Shown here one piece after another: positions 39,856 to 50,931 of a stretch of DNA of 64,000 bases. Position 1 is the first letter of the stretch, and each line of letters begins with the position of its first letter. Location of the stretch: NCBI GenBank assembly GCA_040954595.2, contig CM082589.2, positions 4,726,213 through 4,790,212 on the forward strand. Reading direction: 5' to 3'. A program made the position numbers and the translations under genes. The notes below the pieces were generated by a model that saw nothing but the letters and a program-made list of their open reading frames with translations, ran no database searches and was not told the origin of the DNA. The DNA is from Balanoglossus misakiensis (lineage: Eukaryota; Animalia; Hemichordata).

Positions 39856-42800
39856 TCTAGAAAATGTCCCCAGTCACCTCGGTATCTGGTTTATATACCG
39901 GTTTTTACTCGGGTTGATTAAAACACACGCAAAACAAAGAAGATGGAAGAAGCAGAATACGTGTATTCACACTCACTGTTTGTGTCTCGATTCACAACGT
40001 AGACGTTGTCGACGTGAAAGGTACCGCCGAGGTCCACCTTCCACCAGGGCTGAGATTCGGCCTGTGTGTGAGTACAGGATCCACTCGCAAATGATGCCGT
40101 AGCGTCGCCGTCGACCGCCTCACTCGAGAATCCCTGATTCTCATATGCATATGTGCTTTGCCACGTCTTTTTGCCGCTTGCCACATTCACATCTGGAAAA
40201 GAGAATCCCAGTAGTGTTATCTCATGCACATCTCAGTTTTCTAAGATATTCATTTACATGTCAGGGAAATTGTATGACAATCGGGTTAAATTCAAGAACT
40301 AGGCTCAATTCAACATTAAATTCGCTCGGGCGTTTACAGCGTAGAATTTTCTCCGTTGCCATGATTAAGATAAAACAGAATAATTACTCGTACTTACCCC
40401 GGCAAGACGTTGCGGAGTCGCAAGCCTCTCTCTCATAGGCATCGCCGGGACAGTCATCACCGTCGTACTGAGGCGTGGGATTGTTGCACAAACGCTGTTT
40501 GTATCTCACACCTCCAGTGCCACAGTCAATGGAGCAATCACCCCACGACCCCCAAGTTCCCCAGCCAAGAACTAGGCTCAATTCAACATTAAATTCGCTC
40601 GGGCGTTTACAGCGTAGAATTTTCTCCGTTGCCATGATTAAGATAAAACAGAATAATTACTCGTACTTACCCCGGCAAGACGTTGCGGAGTCGCAAGCCT
40701 CTCTCTCATAGGCATCCCCGGGACAGTCATCACCGTCGTACTGAGGCGTGGGATTGTTGCACAAACGCTGTTTGTATCTCACACCTCCAGTGCCACAGTC
40801 AATGGAGCAATCCCCCCACGACCCCCAAGTTCCCCAGCCACCATTAACTATAGCAAGGAATAAAACACAACAGATTTACATGCAGTCAAGCCTGTGTTAG
40901 AGTATAGCCACCTGGGTATACAGAAGATACCTGTCTGCAGTGGACATTTTGTTAAGTTCCTGAGCAATTTATATATGTTAATTGACCTGTCTAGAAGGGT
41001 CATCTGTTCAAAAGGCCAATTTCCTTGACTGACCACTATAGATGAATTTGACTGTAATAGTATATGTTTAGACAAGCCTAGATATGGTGTAAAAATCCCT
41101 TGGCAACAGAATTTCGTTTAAATTCTCAGTAAAAAAAAAAAACATTTTAATGTCATGTACATACTGGGGCAGGGCTGGGAGCCGCACGATTGGTATTCAG
41201 TGTCGTCGTCTGTCGCCGGACAGTCGGAGCCACCATTAGCTGCGGCGGGGTCGTCGCACTGTCGGGTACGGCTCTGTGTCCCCTCACCGGCGCACTCCAC
41301 TGAGCATGCGCCCCAAGATGACCACTCACCCCACTGACCATCAACTACAAAAAAGAAATGATAGCAAAAGCATGATTACGTATACCTCAAGAATGTTGCA
41401 GATCGTCAGTTGCAAGCAAGATTGTCAGGCAGATACTGAGCATTGCTAATACCTTTCAAGAGCCATGCTTTGTCTGAGGATTGACTATTTTGAAGGTAGC
41501 ACGAATCTTAACCGCACTATGTTGCAAAAAAAAACACCTGGAAACGCACCTGGGCAGGGCGTAGTCCCACAGGATCTAGACTCTGTAGAGTTACCCTCGC
41601 AGTCTTCCCCTCCGTGCGCCGGTGCCGGGTCGGTGCAGTTGCGTCTTCGTTTCTCCGTTCCACCATCACACGTGGTAGAGCAAGCTCCCCATTCACCCCA
41701 TTCAGCCCAGCTGCCATTGACTGTCGAGAAGAGAATATGGTAAACACCACTAAATTATTCTGGACATGAAGACTGGTATAAATTAGACAATCAGACATCA
41801 GCAGTTAAATAATCAAACCACTGGTAATGAAAAAATCACTGTATATGATAATCACTGCAATTTACCCTCATTGTGATACATTTGTTTGCATTTCAACTAC
41901 TCACCTGGACATGAATTTGTAGCACACGTCTGCGTCTCATTACCATCACCCGGGCATTCCAACCCTCCATGCTGGGCTGGTGGGCTGTCACAGTCACGCG
42001 TGCGCACTTGGACGTACTCCCCGGTGTTGCCACAGGTGACGGGGCAGTCGCTCCAGTTGCCCCAACCTCCCCAGGAGCCATCAACTAGAGAGACGAAGAT
42101 AAGAGATTACAATGTATCCGACAGAAGACAGTGAGTGTCTGTGTAACAATGGTCAAACTCATATATTCCACCCTAACATGAAAAACAACCACACATTTAC
42201 CTACCTGGGCATGATTGTGTATTGCATTCCTGTGTCTCCGTGTCGTCACCAACGCATTCGTTTCCACCGTGTGCAGTGGCTGGATTGTCGCAGTCTCTGG
42301 TCCTGGTGTGATTGCTGCCGCCACACGACACTGGACACTGTGTCCAGTTACTCCAGTTGCTCCAACCACCATCAACTGTATGCAGAAAAAATAGTGTTCT
42401 TCACACGATATACATCAACCAATCACAATCAAGCAAACTACATGAACAACTGAAAAATAACCACAGTGGAAGGTTGAGATCCACTGAACTTTACCTGGAC
42501 ATGGATTGGTGGCACAGTCCTGGGATTCTGTGGCGTCTCCCGCACAGTTCAAGCCACCGTGCTCCGGTTCCGGATTGTCGCAACTCCGGGTCCTGTTCTG
42601 AAGTCCTCCACCGCACGTGACGGGACAATCCGTCCAATTGCTCCAGTCACTCCAACCACCATCAACTAGAACATAAAAAGATTGGTAAATGGTGTTTGAT
42701 AGTCGTAGCATATCTCTTTGCTATAATTAATACATAGCGATGATTATTCGCTTATAATATGTCACTGTACACTAAAACACTGATTTCAGATATTTTTGTA

Positions 42801-45800
42801 TTGAAAAACTTGCCCACGTTCCCATCATCAACTAAGATGGCGGAATTCATGTAAAACGAATACTGTGTGTATTTTACACTGAACAGTATGCTTACTTGCT
42901 GGACATGCATTGCCATCTTCTGTGCCACATTCCACCACCTCATCGGCGTCACCCTCGCAGTCATTCCCGCCGTACCTCGGCGATGGATTGTTACACGCTC
43001 GCGTCCGATTGCGCAGACCGCCAAATCGGTTACCGCTATCGTCAAATGAATAGCAGCTGACGCTGCATTCAGTCGTGAAGTTCCACTCGGACCAACCGCC
43101 ATTCTCTGAAGACAACAATAAGAGGTTTCATTCACTGAACAAGCAAAATGTTCTACAAGGTTCTATAGCTGCACAAACCCCTGACTTAAGTAGTATGGCA
43201 CTGTGCAACAACTGATCAGTACTCAAGTCTACAGCTTGGGCCAGAAAAGTTCACTTAATACTTACCTGGTGGACACTGTGAACCGCAGCCCTGCCACTCG
43301 GTGTCATTTCCAACACAGTCATCGCCGCCGAGTATTGGTGCGGGGTCGCTGCATGTCCTGTTACGATACTGGGTTCCCTGTCCAGCAGACTCGCCACAAG
43401 TGGCCGAACAACTCGACCAGCCACTCCAGGATCCCCAGTTACCAGGAGCTGTGTGAACATTTGAATGTGTTGGGCTTGGTTGGTCTTAAAATAATTCTTG
43501 TCATGTGCATGATGAGGCTTAAACCCAACAGTCTCTGTATTTCTGTCTCTCTCTGTCTCTGTCACACAGTTTCTGAATAAGACAAAATTACAAGAAACCA
43601 CAACTGCCACATCACACAAGGAGAGTGACTACCAACTTACTCTGAGAAATTTCACAGATGTATCCAAGCTGACTGGTGCAGGAATGGTCGCCCAGCAGCC
43701 ATTCTTTCACATTGGAGTCATACGTCAGAGCCACGCAGGCGACTCCCGAGTTTTGAGGGTAGCCTGCTGCCCACGGGGAATCACTCGGCCATGACGTCAG
43801 GGTCGGCCCTCCACTATTATCATCAAAGGTCAGGTTCTGATTTGCATATTTGATGCCAGTGAAGTAGAAATCGGACGCATCGGCACCGGAAGATTTCAGT
43901 TCAAAGTGCACAAACTCTTGCTCGTCGTAGTTGTCGATGTAGACCAGATGACCGGTTGAGTTGGTGAGGTCTTCGCACGCCGTCTTGGCTTGGCCGTACA
44001 TCTTGGTGTCATCGATGAGCACTTTGTAACAGCTGTCGTATCGTGTCTCAAAACCATCTGGACAGGTTACTGTGAAAAGATTCAAATGCCAATTTTGAGC
44101 TACATTATAGCAAAATGAATTGGATGCATGGCCCAGTTACATTCTATGCAAATAGGGATACACTGTTCTGATCTAAACCATGTACTGCTAATTGTATGTT
44201 GTTTTATAACTTACCAATGGGGCATGGATCATGGCAGGCTCTGCTGTCCATACTCTCGCCAGTGCAATTAGCACCACCCAGTACTGGGGCTGGGTTGTCG
44301 CACTCTCGAGAACGCGTCTGCGTACCGTTACCACAGCTCACACTGCACTCGGTCCATCCTGACCAATCTCCCCAGTTACCTGGTGCTGTTGAAAGTGATA
44401 TTTTTATGGGTTAGTCAGGCAATCCGCACTTGTCTTCCGATAAAACATTGCCATCACCGAAAATCACGTGCAGTGATTGAACAAACTTCGTTAAACTAAC
44501 CTCTGGCTTGTTCACAGATGAAACCAAGACTATCGGATCCATCTGAATTCGCCCACAGCCACACATTATCAGATTCTTCGTAGGCAAGTAAAACACGTAC
44601 GGCAGTTGCGTCGCTGTCGTCAGGGTACCCCGACACCCACAGGGCGCGGTCATCCAACTCCCACTGCGTGACATTGGGACCGCCGCCTGCACCATCAAAC
44701 CCAACCTCACCCCCGGTGTAGTTGTTGCCTGTGTAGAACGTTACAGAGGTGTCGGCATCCCACACTTGTCGCAGACGGTAATCGAGGAACATCTGTTCGA
44801 AATAGTCGTCGATGAATACAAGGTGAGCTTGGTAGGCTGATTCTGCGCACTCGGCTCTCGCCTGACTGTAAGTGCCAGTGGTGTTCGCCATCAGGTAACA
44901 CGAATCGTACGACGGAATAAAACCATCTGGACATGACACTGTGAAGATGAGAGAATTGTGTTACTATATTCATATTGGTGGTAGGCAGACCAGTGAAATG
45001 TCATAGCCAGTTACAAGCTCAAAGCACATTGCAGACATGTATACAATTTGTCATGACAGTTAAGCTGAACACATTTTATCATATACCTATTGGGCAATCA
45101 ACACCACAGTTCTGAGACTCTGTGTTGTGTTCTGTGCAGTTTCCGCCTCCCAGGATCGGAGCCGGGTTGTCGCACAGACGGGTGCGATACTGTTGGCCTT
45201 CGTCCGGTCCACAGGTCACGCTGCAGTCACCCCACCTCGACCAATCACTGTAACTTCCATTACCTACAAATCATTTAGAATAAAACACAGATTTAATGCG
45301 TGGAAAGTGTACTGTATTGGCGAAAAGTACTGAACCGTTTTCATAGAGACAAAAACAGTTCCTCATTAGGTTCCAGGAGTATGCGTTTATCCAAGGTGAC
45401 TACAATTTATGATATAATGATCTTAGATGTAGCTTGTGTTTGTGTCTTCCTCTTACCGATGTTAGCTTCGCAGATGTAGCCAATGGACGACGAACACTGG
45501 CTGTCAGCCCAGCGCCATGTACCGAGCGTGCTGTTGTACGACAGGACGACGCACGACCCGGCACCGCTCGGCTCACCCGACAGCCACGGACTCTGGCCAA
45601 CCGCGTCCCATGACGTCGCGTCGACGGACTGCCCGACTGCGTCCGCGTATTGCCAATCCAGGGTGAAGTTGCCCGTACTCAGCTTCTGCCCGGTGTAGAT
45701 CACATCGCCGAGGTTTGCACCGGCGTCGTCCAGCATTTCAGTGATGAACGCTTCTTCCTCGTAGTCGTTGATGAAAACAAGGTGGCTGCCGTACGGTTCC

Positions 45801-48800
45801 TGCAGCCCTTCGCATGCAGTCTTCGCTGAGCTGTAGTCGGCTGTTGCACCGATCTCCAGCTTGTAGCAAGTATCATAACGACGTATGAATCCATCAGGAC
45901 ACTCAACTAAAAAGATGAAAATGTTGGAAATCAGATGTTCATTCTGCATTGAGATACTGACTTACTGCCGGTACAGAATATATATGCATATGCATTATTG
46001 AACTTGACTATATGGAGAGTTACATTAAATCCAGACCGAGTTACATGTTCATGGCCAATTTCGTTCACAAATTGGCCGAGAACGATCATCGAAACTGTCC
46101 TATATTAACAACTTACAAGAAGCCGAGTGGCCACTCCATTGATTGGTGAAATATTCAGAAGATGTACTCATAATTAAGACATTTCATTACCACAGGAATA
46201 TCGATTGCAAAACACGATATTTTTCCGGGATGGGATACAAATTGTACTAACTTACCGATGGGACAAATGGTGCCGCATTCTTTGGTCTCGTTACTGTGGC
46301 CGACGCAATCATCCCCAGTCAGCAGAGGGGCGGGGTTGGAGCAGTTCCTGGTGCGTATGTGCACGCCTTCGCCTGGTCCACACGTCACGCTGCACTCACT
46401 CCACTCAGACCACTCGCTCCAGTTGCCATGAACTGCGAAACAGGGCACACAAAATAACAACAGATTATATACGGGGACACTGCGGAAACTCATTTGTTAT
46501 GTAGTTAAGCACTGTGCATTAAACTCACTATCTTCAGCCTTCATGGAATTATCTTGAAAATTAATGAAAGTTGTATTCAGTTAATAGTTAAAATTTTAAT
46601 AGCATTTACTATAAGGGAGCAAAGTGTGATAATCGATGATGCTACAAATTCCATGGTTAAAGGATTGTTCACACACTCCTACCTCTATCGACTTCACAGA
46701 TGTAACCTTTGACCTCATCGCAAGCCAAGTTCCTCCAGACCCACCCTTGGCTCTCGTACAGGTACGCCATGCACGCTTGGTCCCCTGTCGGGTACGCCTG
46801 GGCCCAGTAGTCCACCGTGCCGTTCACGTTCTCCCACGAGCTCAGAGCAGGGCCGCCGCTGCCATCGTCGAACGCGATCACCTCACTGTCGTTCACCACG
46901 GAATACGTCAGTCCGATGTAGAAGATATCGCTGGTGTCAGCGTTGGCTGCAATCAGTTCCTCGCCGATGTGCAGCTGCTCTTCATAATTGTCAGGGTAGA
47001 AGAGATGACCTCTGATGCCTTCGCAGACTTCTTTGGCCGCCGATTGGTCAGCGTAGTCATTTGAATCCAGCACCAACAGATAACACGTGTGCCATCCAGG
47101 AATTTGGCCTTCGCCGCATGCCACTACAAGAAGACAACAGAGAGAAATTAATATCACATTGCTATATATATACCCGGTAGACTGGATTTATGTACATCAG
47201 CATCATCATCATCTATAACCTATCATTGTGATTTCTGACTTAATGATGTCGTGTTCTTAGAGATATAAAGGTTATAGTGGAGACTGGTGTTATTGATCCA
47301 ATGGACACTGTAGACTGACCTGTGAAATTCTGACACTGTGGTCCTTCATAGCCATCGACACAAGTACAGTTGTAGCCGTTGATGTCGTCACTGCAGGTAC
47401 CGCCATTCTGACACGGATCACTGACACACTCATCAAAGTTCTCTTCGCACTGGTCACCTGAAGAAAAATGAGGTATTTATTATTACACTTTGGTTCAACA
47501 CAATATTATTCTGGGAATGCTGGGGTGACATGACAAGGCAGGGTCAATGAAAAGGTTCGCTCTGTAAATTCCATGGATTTTTTCTTGCCAAGACAAACTG
47601 AGGATCCATCTCTCTTCCAATTTGCTCACCTGTCCAACCGGGCGCGCATTCGCAGGAGTAAGCATCGATGTGGTCGACGCATGTACCGCCGTTATCACAC
47701 GGCGCCGACCAGCAATCGTTAAAGTCGATCTCGCAGAAGTCGCCGACAAAACCGTCCAGGCAGGTGCACGTCACATTCCAAACTTCGGGACGATTATCAA
47801 TGCACGTTGCGTTGTTCCAACACGGGTTGGGTTGACAGTCATCTGGTAGATGTAGAGAAATTTTAAAATGTAAATGTCGTGTAGTCATGCAGAGTCGGGA
47901 GGGACTGGGCGTGGACCAATGTTTTGCTGTCGACCGCCAACTACGACCATTTTGTAAAAATCATGTAAGCTTTTGTTTTTAATGCTGAGTTAACGTTGAG
48001 CAGGTCTGCCAGCAGAAAAAAGTGGAAATCACAAATACTTACCTTTACACCCGTATACTTCAAGCCGCATGCAAGGATGTGACTGGGCGCCAACAGCATG
48101 CACCCGTATCCACTGCGCATGTACAGGTGGCGAGAGTTCATTCTTCACTTCTGTGTTTTTATCAACATTTGCTTTGAAAACCTAAAGCCGAAACATTTAT
48201 AAGTTTTAAAAAAATATTCAACTAATCCAAAGCTTAAAATCGGGACTATTTTGCCAAAAGCGACCTTTAGTGGAAGCTGGATTCATTGATTGTTTTTTAA
48301 CATTTAGTAAATTATTAATGAATACAATCACAATACTTCGGACGCTGCTCGGATAGTCGTGGCAGGGGCTTGATATATAATTACGTGTGCGTAACTAAAA
48401 CTTGAACATGCAAACCTTTCCTTCGCATCGTTAATACTTTCAAAAAAATTCGAGAGCCAAAGTTTCAAGAAAATATGAAAATATATAAAAACGACAGACG
48501 AAACGTCCTTTTGAGCCATTTATTGATCTGTTGATATCGATCTGCTTCAAACACTTCCTCTTGTCAAAGGCTTCTTATCTGTGCGCTAGTCATAAGGGAA
48601 TTTTGAATTCTGTCGTTTTCTTACCATACATTTACCCATTTTTACCAAATTAGAAAAGAATACGCCTGTCTTTCCGTACCTTTCTCTCGCCGTTCTCAGT
48701 ATACTCGTTCCAGGGCCCGCTGTCGCTGACGTTGCTGTACGTCACGTAGTACTCGGTCACGTAGATGTCATCCAGGTCTTCGTGGTCAAATCCCTGCGTT

Positions 48801-50931
48801 CCAATGTCATGGACGTATTTCAGTTCCCCCATATCGACCTAGAAACAATCACAAGTTAATTAAGAAAAATATTGAGATGTTTTGTTGAGGTCACACCAAT
48901 AACACTTGTCAGGTGAATATTCATTCAGTCAGTCGTTCATTCATCCATCCGTCCATTAATATGCCCAATCCAACCAATCAACCATCCACCCACTCTACCA
49001 TCCAACCCAAAACCCATATATCTAAGCCAGACAGCCATTCATCTATTTTACTTATTTATTTGTTTGACCTTATTTTTGCAAGTACAAGAACAAGCAAATT
49101 ATCCCAACCCCACCCCTCCCCCACCAATATCGTTATTCCAACATTCGTATGTGCCCCAATGATTTTCCTCCGCCACTAGAATTAAGCTTCCCCTATATAT
49201 AATCATATGTTGCAGTCTCACCTGCACCCATTCTTCAAAGTCAGCGATATCGACCAACTCCTCCGAACACCAAGCGCCGGCCGAATTCAGTCGCACGTGG
49301 GCTTTCGAGATTCCGATTGGCCCTCTCTCCATGTCCCCCAGAAATGACGACATCGATATGTCGTCCAATGGGATTGTGCCGTCGCCGATGCCCACGGCTG
49401 GTCTGGAGCATTCACCTGTAACCATGGCGACACGTGAATGTGTTTAGAGAGAGAGAGAAAGAGTAGCATGATTCATTTGGGATTCAGACTGCAGACACCA
49501 TCTGTATCATTCCCTTTGTAAACATCCAATTATCACCAATATGTAATAACTATTTACCTCAGTTATATTGTACCACTTTATTTTACGAGACTCGAGTATC
49601 TTCAAATATTTGTTTTCTGGTGTTGGGCGGAGATCGAGTGACCATTCTCGCCGCTTTTCACGCGTTATTAATGATTTTATAAATGTACATGTTTAAGTCA
49701 ATACCATGATCAAATGAGTGTTTGAATATCAGAATGTAAACATTGTATTCATCGCCATCAGCTTGTAAATTGACTTTTGGGGGACGATAACTGCGTGCGA
49801 CTTATTAATCTGGGAATCGCGTATTCGGTTTATATATACGTGTTTTTTAAAATCTTGTATGTCGTACATGTAATTTATTTGACAGAAACATTATTTTTCC
49901 AGTTCCTTTGGCTCAAATGTGGATATAATTATCATGGCGATGCATTTCCCCCACCGAACGCTTTTGCATGGCTTTCAGTTCTCAGAAACAGGAAGCAATT
50001 GTTTGCCATGTCGTGTAGTTTTTTCTTCGTAGCGAGATGACAACAACGACAGCAGGATAGCACTTGCCTATAATTCTTTGATAGTAATTGAAATCGGTGT
50101 CTTCATGGAGACTGACGTCCAAACTCTGGAAGGTGTTGGAACTCAGGTAGCAGGTGTCAGTGCGCATGTCATAGTCAAACGAGCGACAAGCGAAGGAATA
50201 CTCGACTCGACACTCAAACGCACAATCCTCTTCGCTGATGTCGTTCAGTGTGCGGTTGTAATCCCGTAATGCATGGTACGGGGTCTTGTCATAGTAACTG
50301 AACGGATAAACTAAAGAGATAAAAATATAGATATAGATAGATAAAACTTAGACACTGGAGAAGAATATCTGGGTGTGTTCGCGTTGGTCTGAACTATGGA
50401 TATAGTTTGACAGATATATTTCGATTACATGGCGTGTAAACTTTACAGTTTGAAAATGCAATATTAACCAGTATGTCCACCAAATGTTAACGCCATTTAC
50501 GTCAATTTCACCATATTGTTCTTAATTTCAACTTAATATTTTTAATGTGAGTATGACTACAGCATTTACTTACCTGCAGATTCGACTGCGATGTTCCCGA
50601 CTAGTCCACATACCTAATGTGAAAAATAAAATTTATGCATGAAGGACGATACGACTGAAAACATTAACGAACACGTTAATAAACACCCATGCCTGCATCC
50701 ATTTGTGTTCTTTTTTATTTTGAGAAAACTTCCATAACTTAAGCTTTCCTGTATTTCAACAGGTTTTCGCAAACTGCACACTTAAATTTTGTTTGTCTGC
50801 TCGGAATTATTGATTTTTCCTTTAGATGCGAATACGATCGGGGCATTTTTTCGAGCCTAAAAATTATCGGTTCTCTCGTCAATACTCACCCAGGAGACGA
50901 TCACAGCCTTGCAGAAGACACTCAACGCCAT
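16402..50931 (-). CDS. Giant secreted multi-lectin/TSP1/discoidin mosaic protein (~70+ exons, est. 5,500-6,000 aa)
   Basis: Signal peptide [14 protein letters not shown]|[13 protein letters not shown] (exons 50890-50931, 50574-50613). Then PAN, F5/8C, EGFx3, (CTL-TSP1)x4, TSP1x7-8, F-type lectin, Link, F5/8C, split TSP1 enclosing PAN/fibrinogen-like/LamG, TSP1 and F5/8C repeats, CTL, SUELx2, CTL, F5/8C, Ig, SUEL, WxxW, SUEL(+mucin), F-type lectin, SUELx4, and PAN with stop at 16402. Domain-boundary introns are phase 1. I saw no internal signal peptide, terminal exon or TM helix. A single-gene reading is inference. Confidence 0.8.
16983..19707 (-). CDS. Four SUEL/rhamnose-binding-type lectin domains (7 exons)
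   Basis: Motifs [14 protein letters not shown] (19354-19707), [14 protein letters not shown] (18517-18036), [14 protein letters not shown] (17889-16983), and a fourth ending RYLEVAYTC (19186-18723). Confidence 0.85.
19815..20493 (-). CDS. Degenerate F-type (fucolectin) domain with Ser/Thr-rich insert
   Basis: [42 protein letters not shown]. The fucose-binding His and Arg are absent. Confidence 0.8.
20628..21826 (-). CDS. SUEL lectin domain interrupted by Thr/Pro-rich mucin-like segment
   Basis: Exon ~21704-21826 [19 protein letters not shown]; exon ~20628-21271 GLC-(TTPDPTT/TTAAPTT repeats)-[22 protein letters not shown]. Confidence 0.85.
21346..21570. repeat. Degenerate (GACA/GGCA)n low-complexity tract in intron
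   Basis: gacagacagatagacacacacaggcaaagacaggcagacagac.. Confidence 0.8.
22176..24413 (-). CDS. F5/8C, Ig, SUEL and WxxW (mucin2/CILP-type) exons of giant gene
   Basis: F5/8[19 protein letters not shown]; Ig [34 protein letters not shown]; Wxx[35 protein letters not shown]. Confidence 0.85.
24610..26652 (-). CDS. CTL-SUEL-SUEL-CTL exons of giant gene
   Basis: C-type lectin FWIG..WEDEDC..YICQ and FLIGL..CVAV..YICE; [18 protein letters not shown] and TWGR..YPC..YLY. Confidence 0.85.
26765..34365 (-). CDS. Array of TSP1 and F5/8 type C (discoidin) exons (7 TSP1, 6 F5/8C)
   Basis: TSP1 exons WxxWxxWxxCSxTCGGG..R.R.C.NP.P..GG..C; F5/8C exons LG..DGTIPD..AW.P..D..QG..V..Y..YS.NG and F.GNFD..RI.P.SW..MRVEVYG. 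Repeating unit TSP1-TSP1-F5/8C. Confidence 0.88.
33969..34163 (-). mobile_element. Second fragment of the same non-autonomous DNA transposon family as 5945-6050, in an intron
   Basis: atcgggggtcaccatgcaaaattttg..ttcaaaatggccgcca is the inverted homolog of 5972-6048. End ttcaggtaaaatgcgtctcgaa resembles the terminal repeat. Confidence 0.6.
34854..35573 (-). CDS. LamG/pentraxin-like domain exon (240 codons)
   Basis: [41 protein letters not shown], resembling the ADGRD1-type pentraxin domain. Confidence 0.8.
35967..36997 (-). CDS. Divergent fibrinogen-like (YCDxxxxGGGW) domain, 2 exons
   Basis: Exon 36711-36997 [21 protein letters not shown]; exon 35967-36303 [29 protein letters not shown]. 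Confidence 0.75.
37233..37487 (-). CDS. PAN/Apple domain exon
   Basis: [35 protein letters not shown]; 255 nt, phase 1-1. Confidence 0.85.
38971..39255 (-). CDS. Link (Xlink) module exon
   Basis: [74 protein letters not shown]; 285 nt, phase 1-1. Confidence 0.92.
39470..40192 (-). CDS. F-type (fucolectin) domain, 2 exons
   Basis: [32 protein letters not shown]|..GRYVSIQ..LCEVEVY. H-x26-R spacing is retained. Confidence 0.9.
39767..39853. repeat. (CAT)n microsatellite, ~29 units, intronic
   Basis: tcatcatcatc.. with three interruptions. Confidence 0.97.
40293..40838. repeat. 273 bp tandem duplication containing a TSP1 exon
   Basis: Units 40293-40565 and 40566-40838 differ only at 40444/40717 and 40540/40813. 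Confidence 0.96.
40671..47123 (-). CDS. (C-type lectin + TSP1)x4 followed by a run of TSP1 exons
   Basis: CTL exons [22 protein letters not shown]...C....YICE alternate with ~175 nt TSP1 exons. Confidence 0.9.
40883..41055. mobile_element. Degenerate Tc1/pogo-type MITE
   Basis: Termini cagtcaagcctgt.. and ..gaatttgactg followed by TA; ~170 bp, intronic. Confidence 0.4.
47320..50310 (-). CDS. N-terminal PAN, F5/8C and three EGF-like domains
   Basis: PAN 50068-50310 [18 protein letters not shown]; F5/8C over three exons 49415-48042; [27 protein letters not shown] and [12 protein letters not shown]. Confidence 0.88.

Noticed and set aside
39622-40102. Poly-Ile and poly-Ser ORFs
   Set aside because: Products of the (CAT)n microsatellite.
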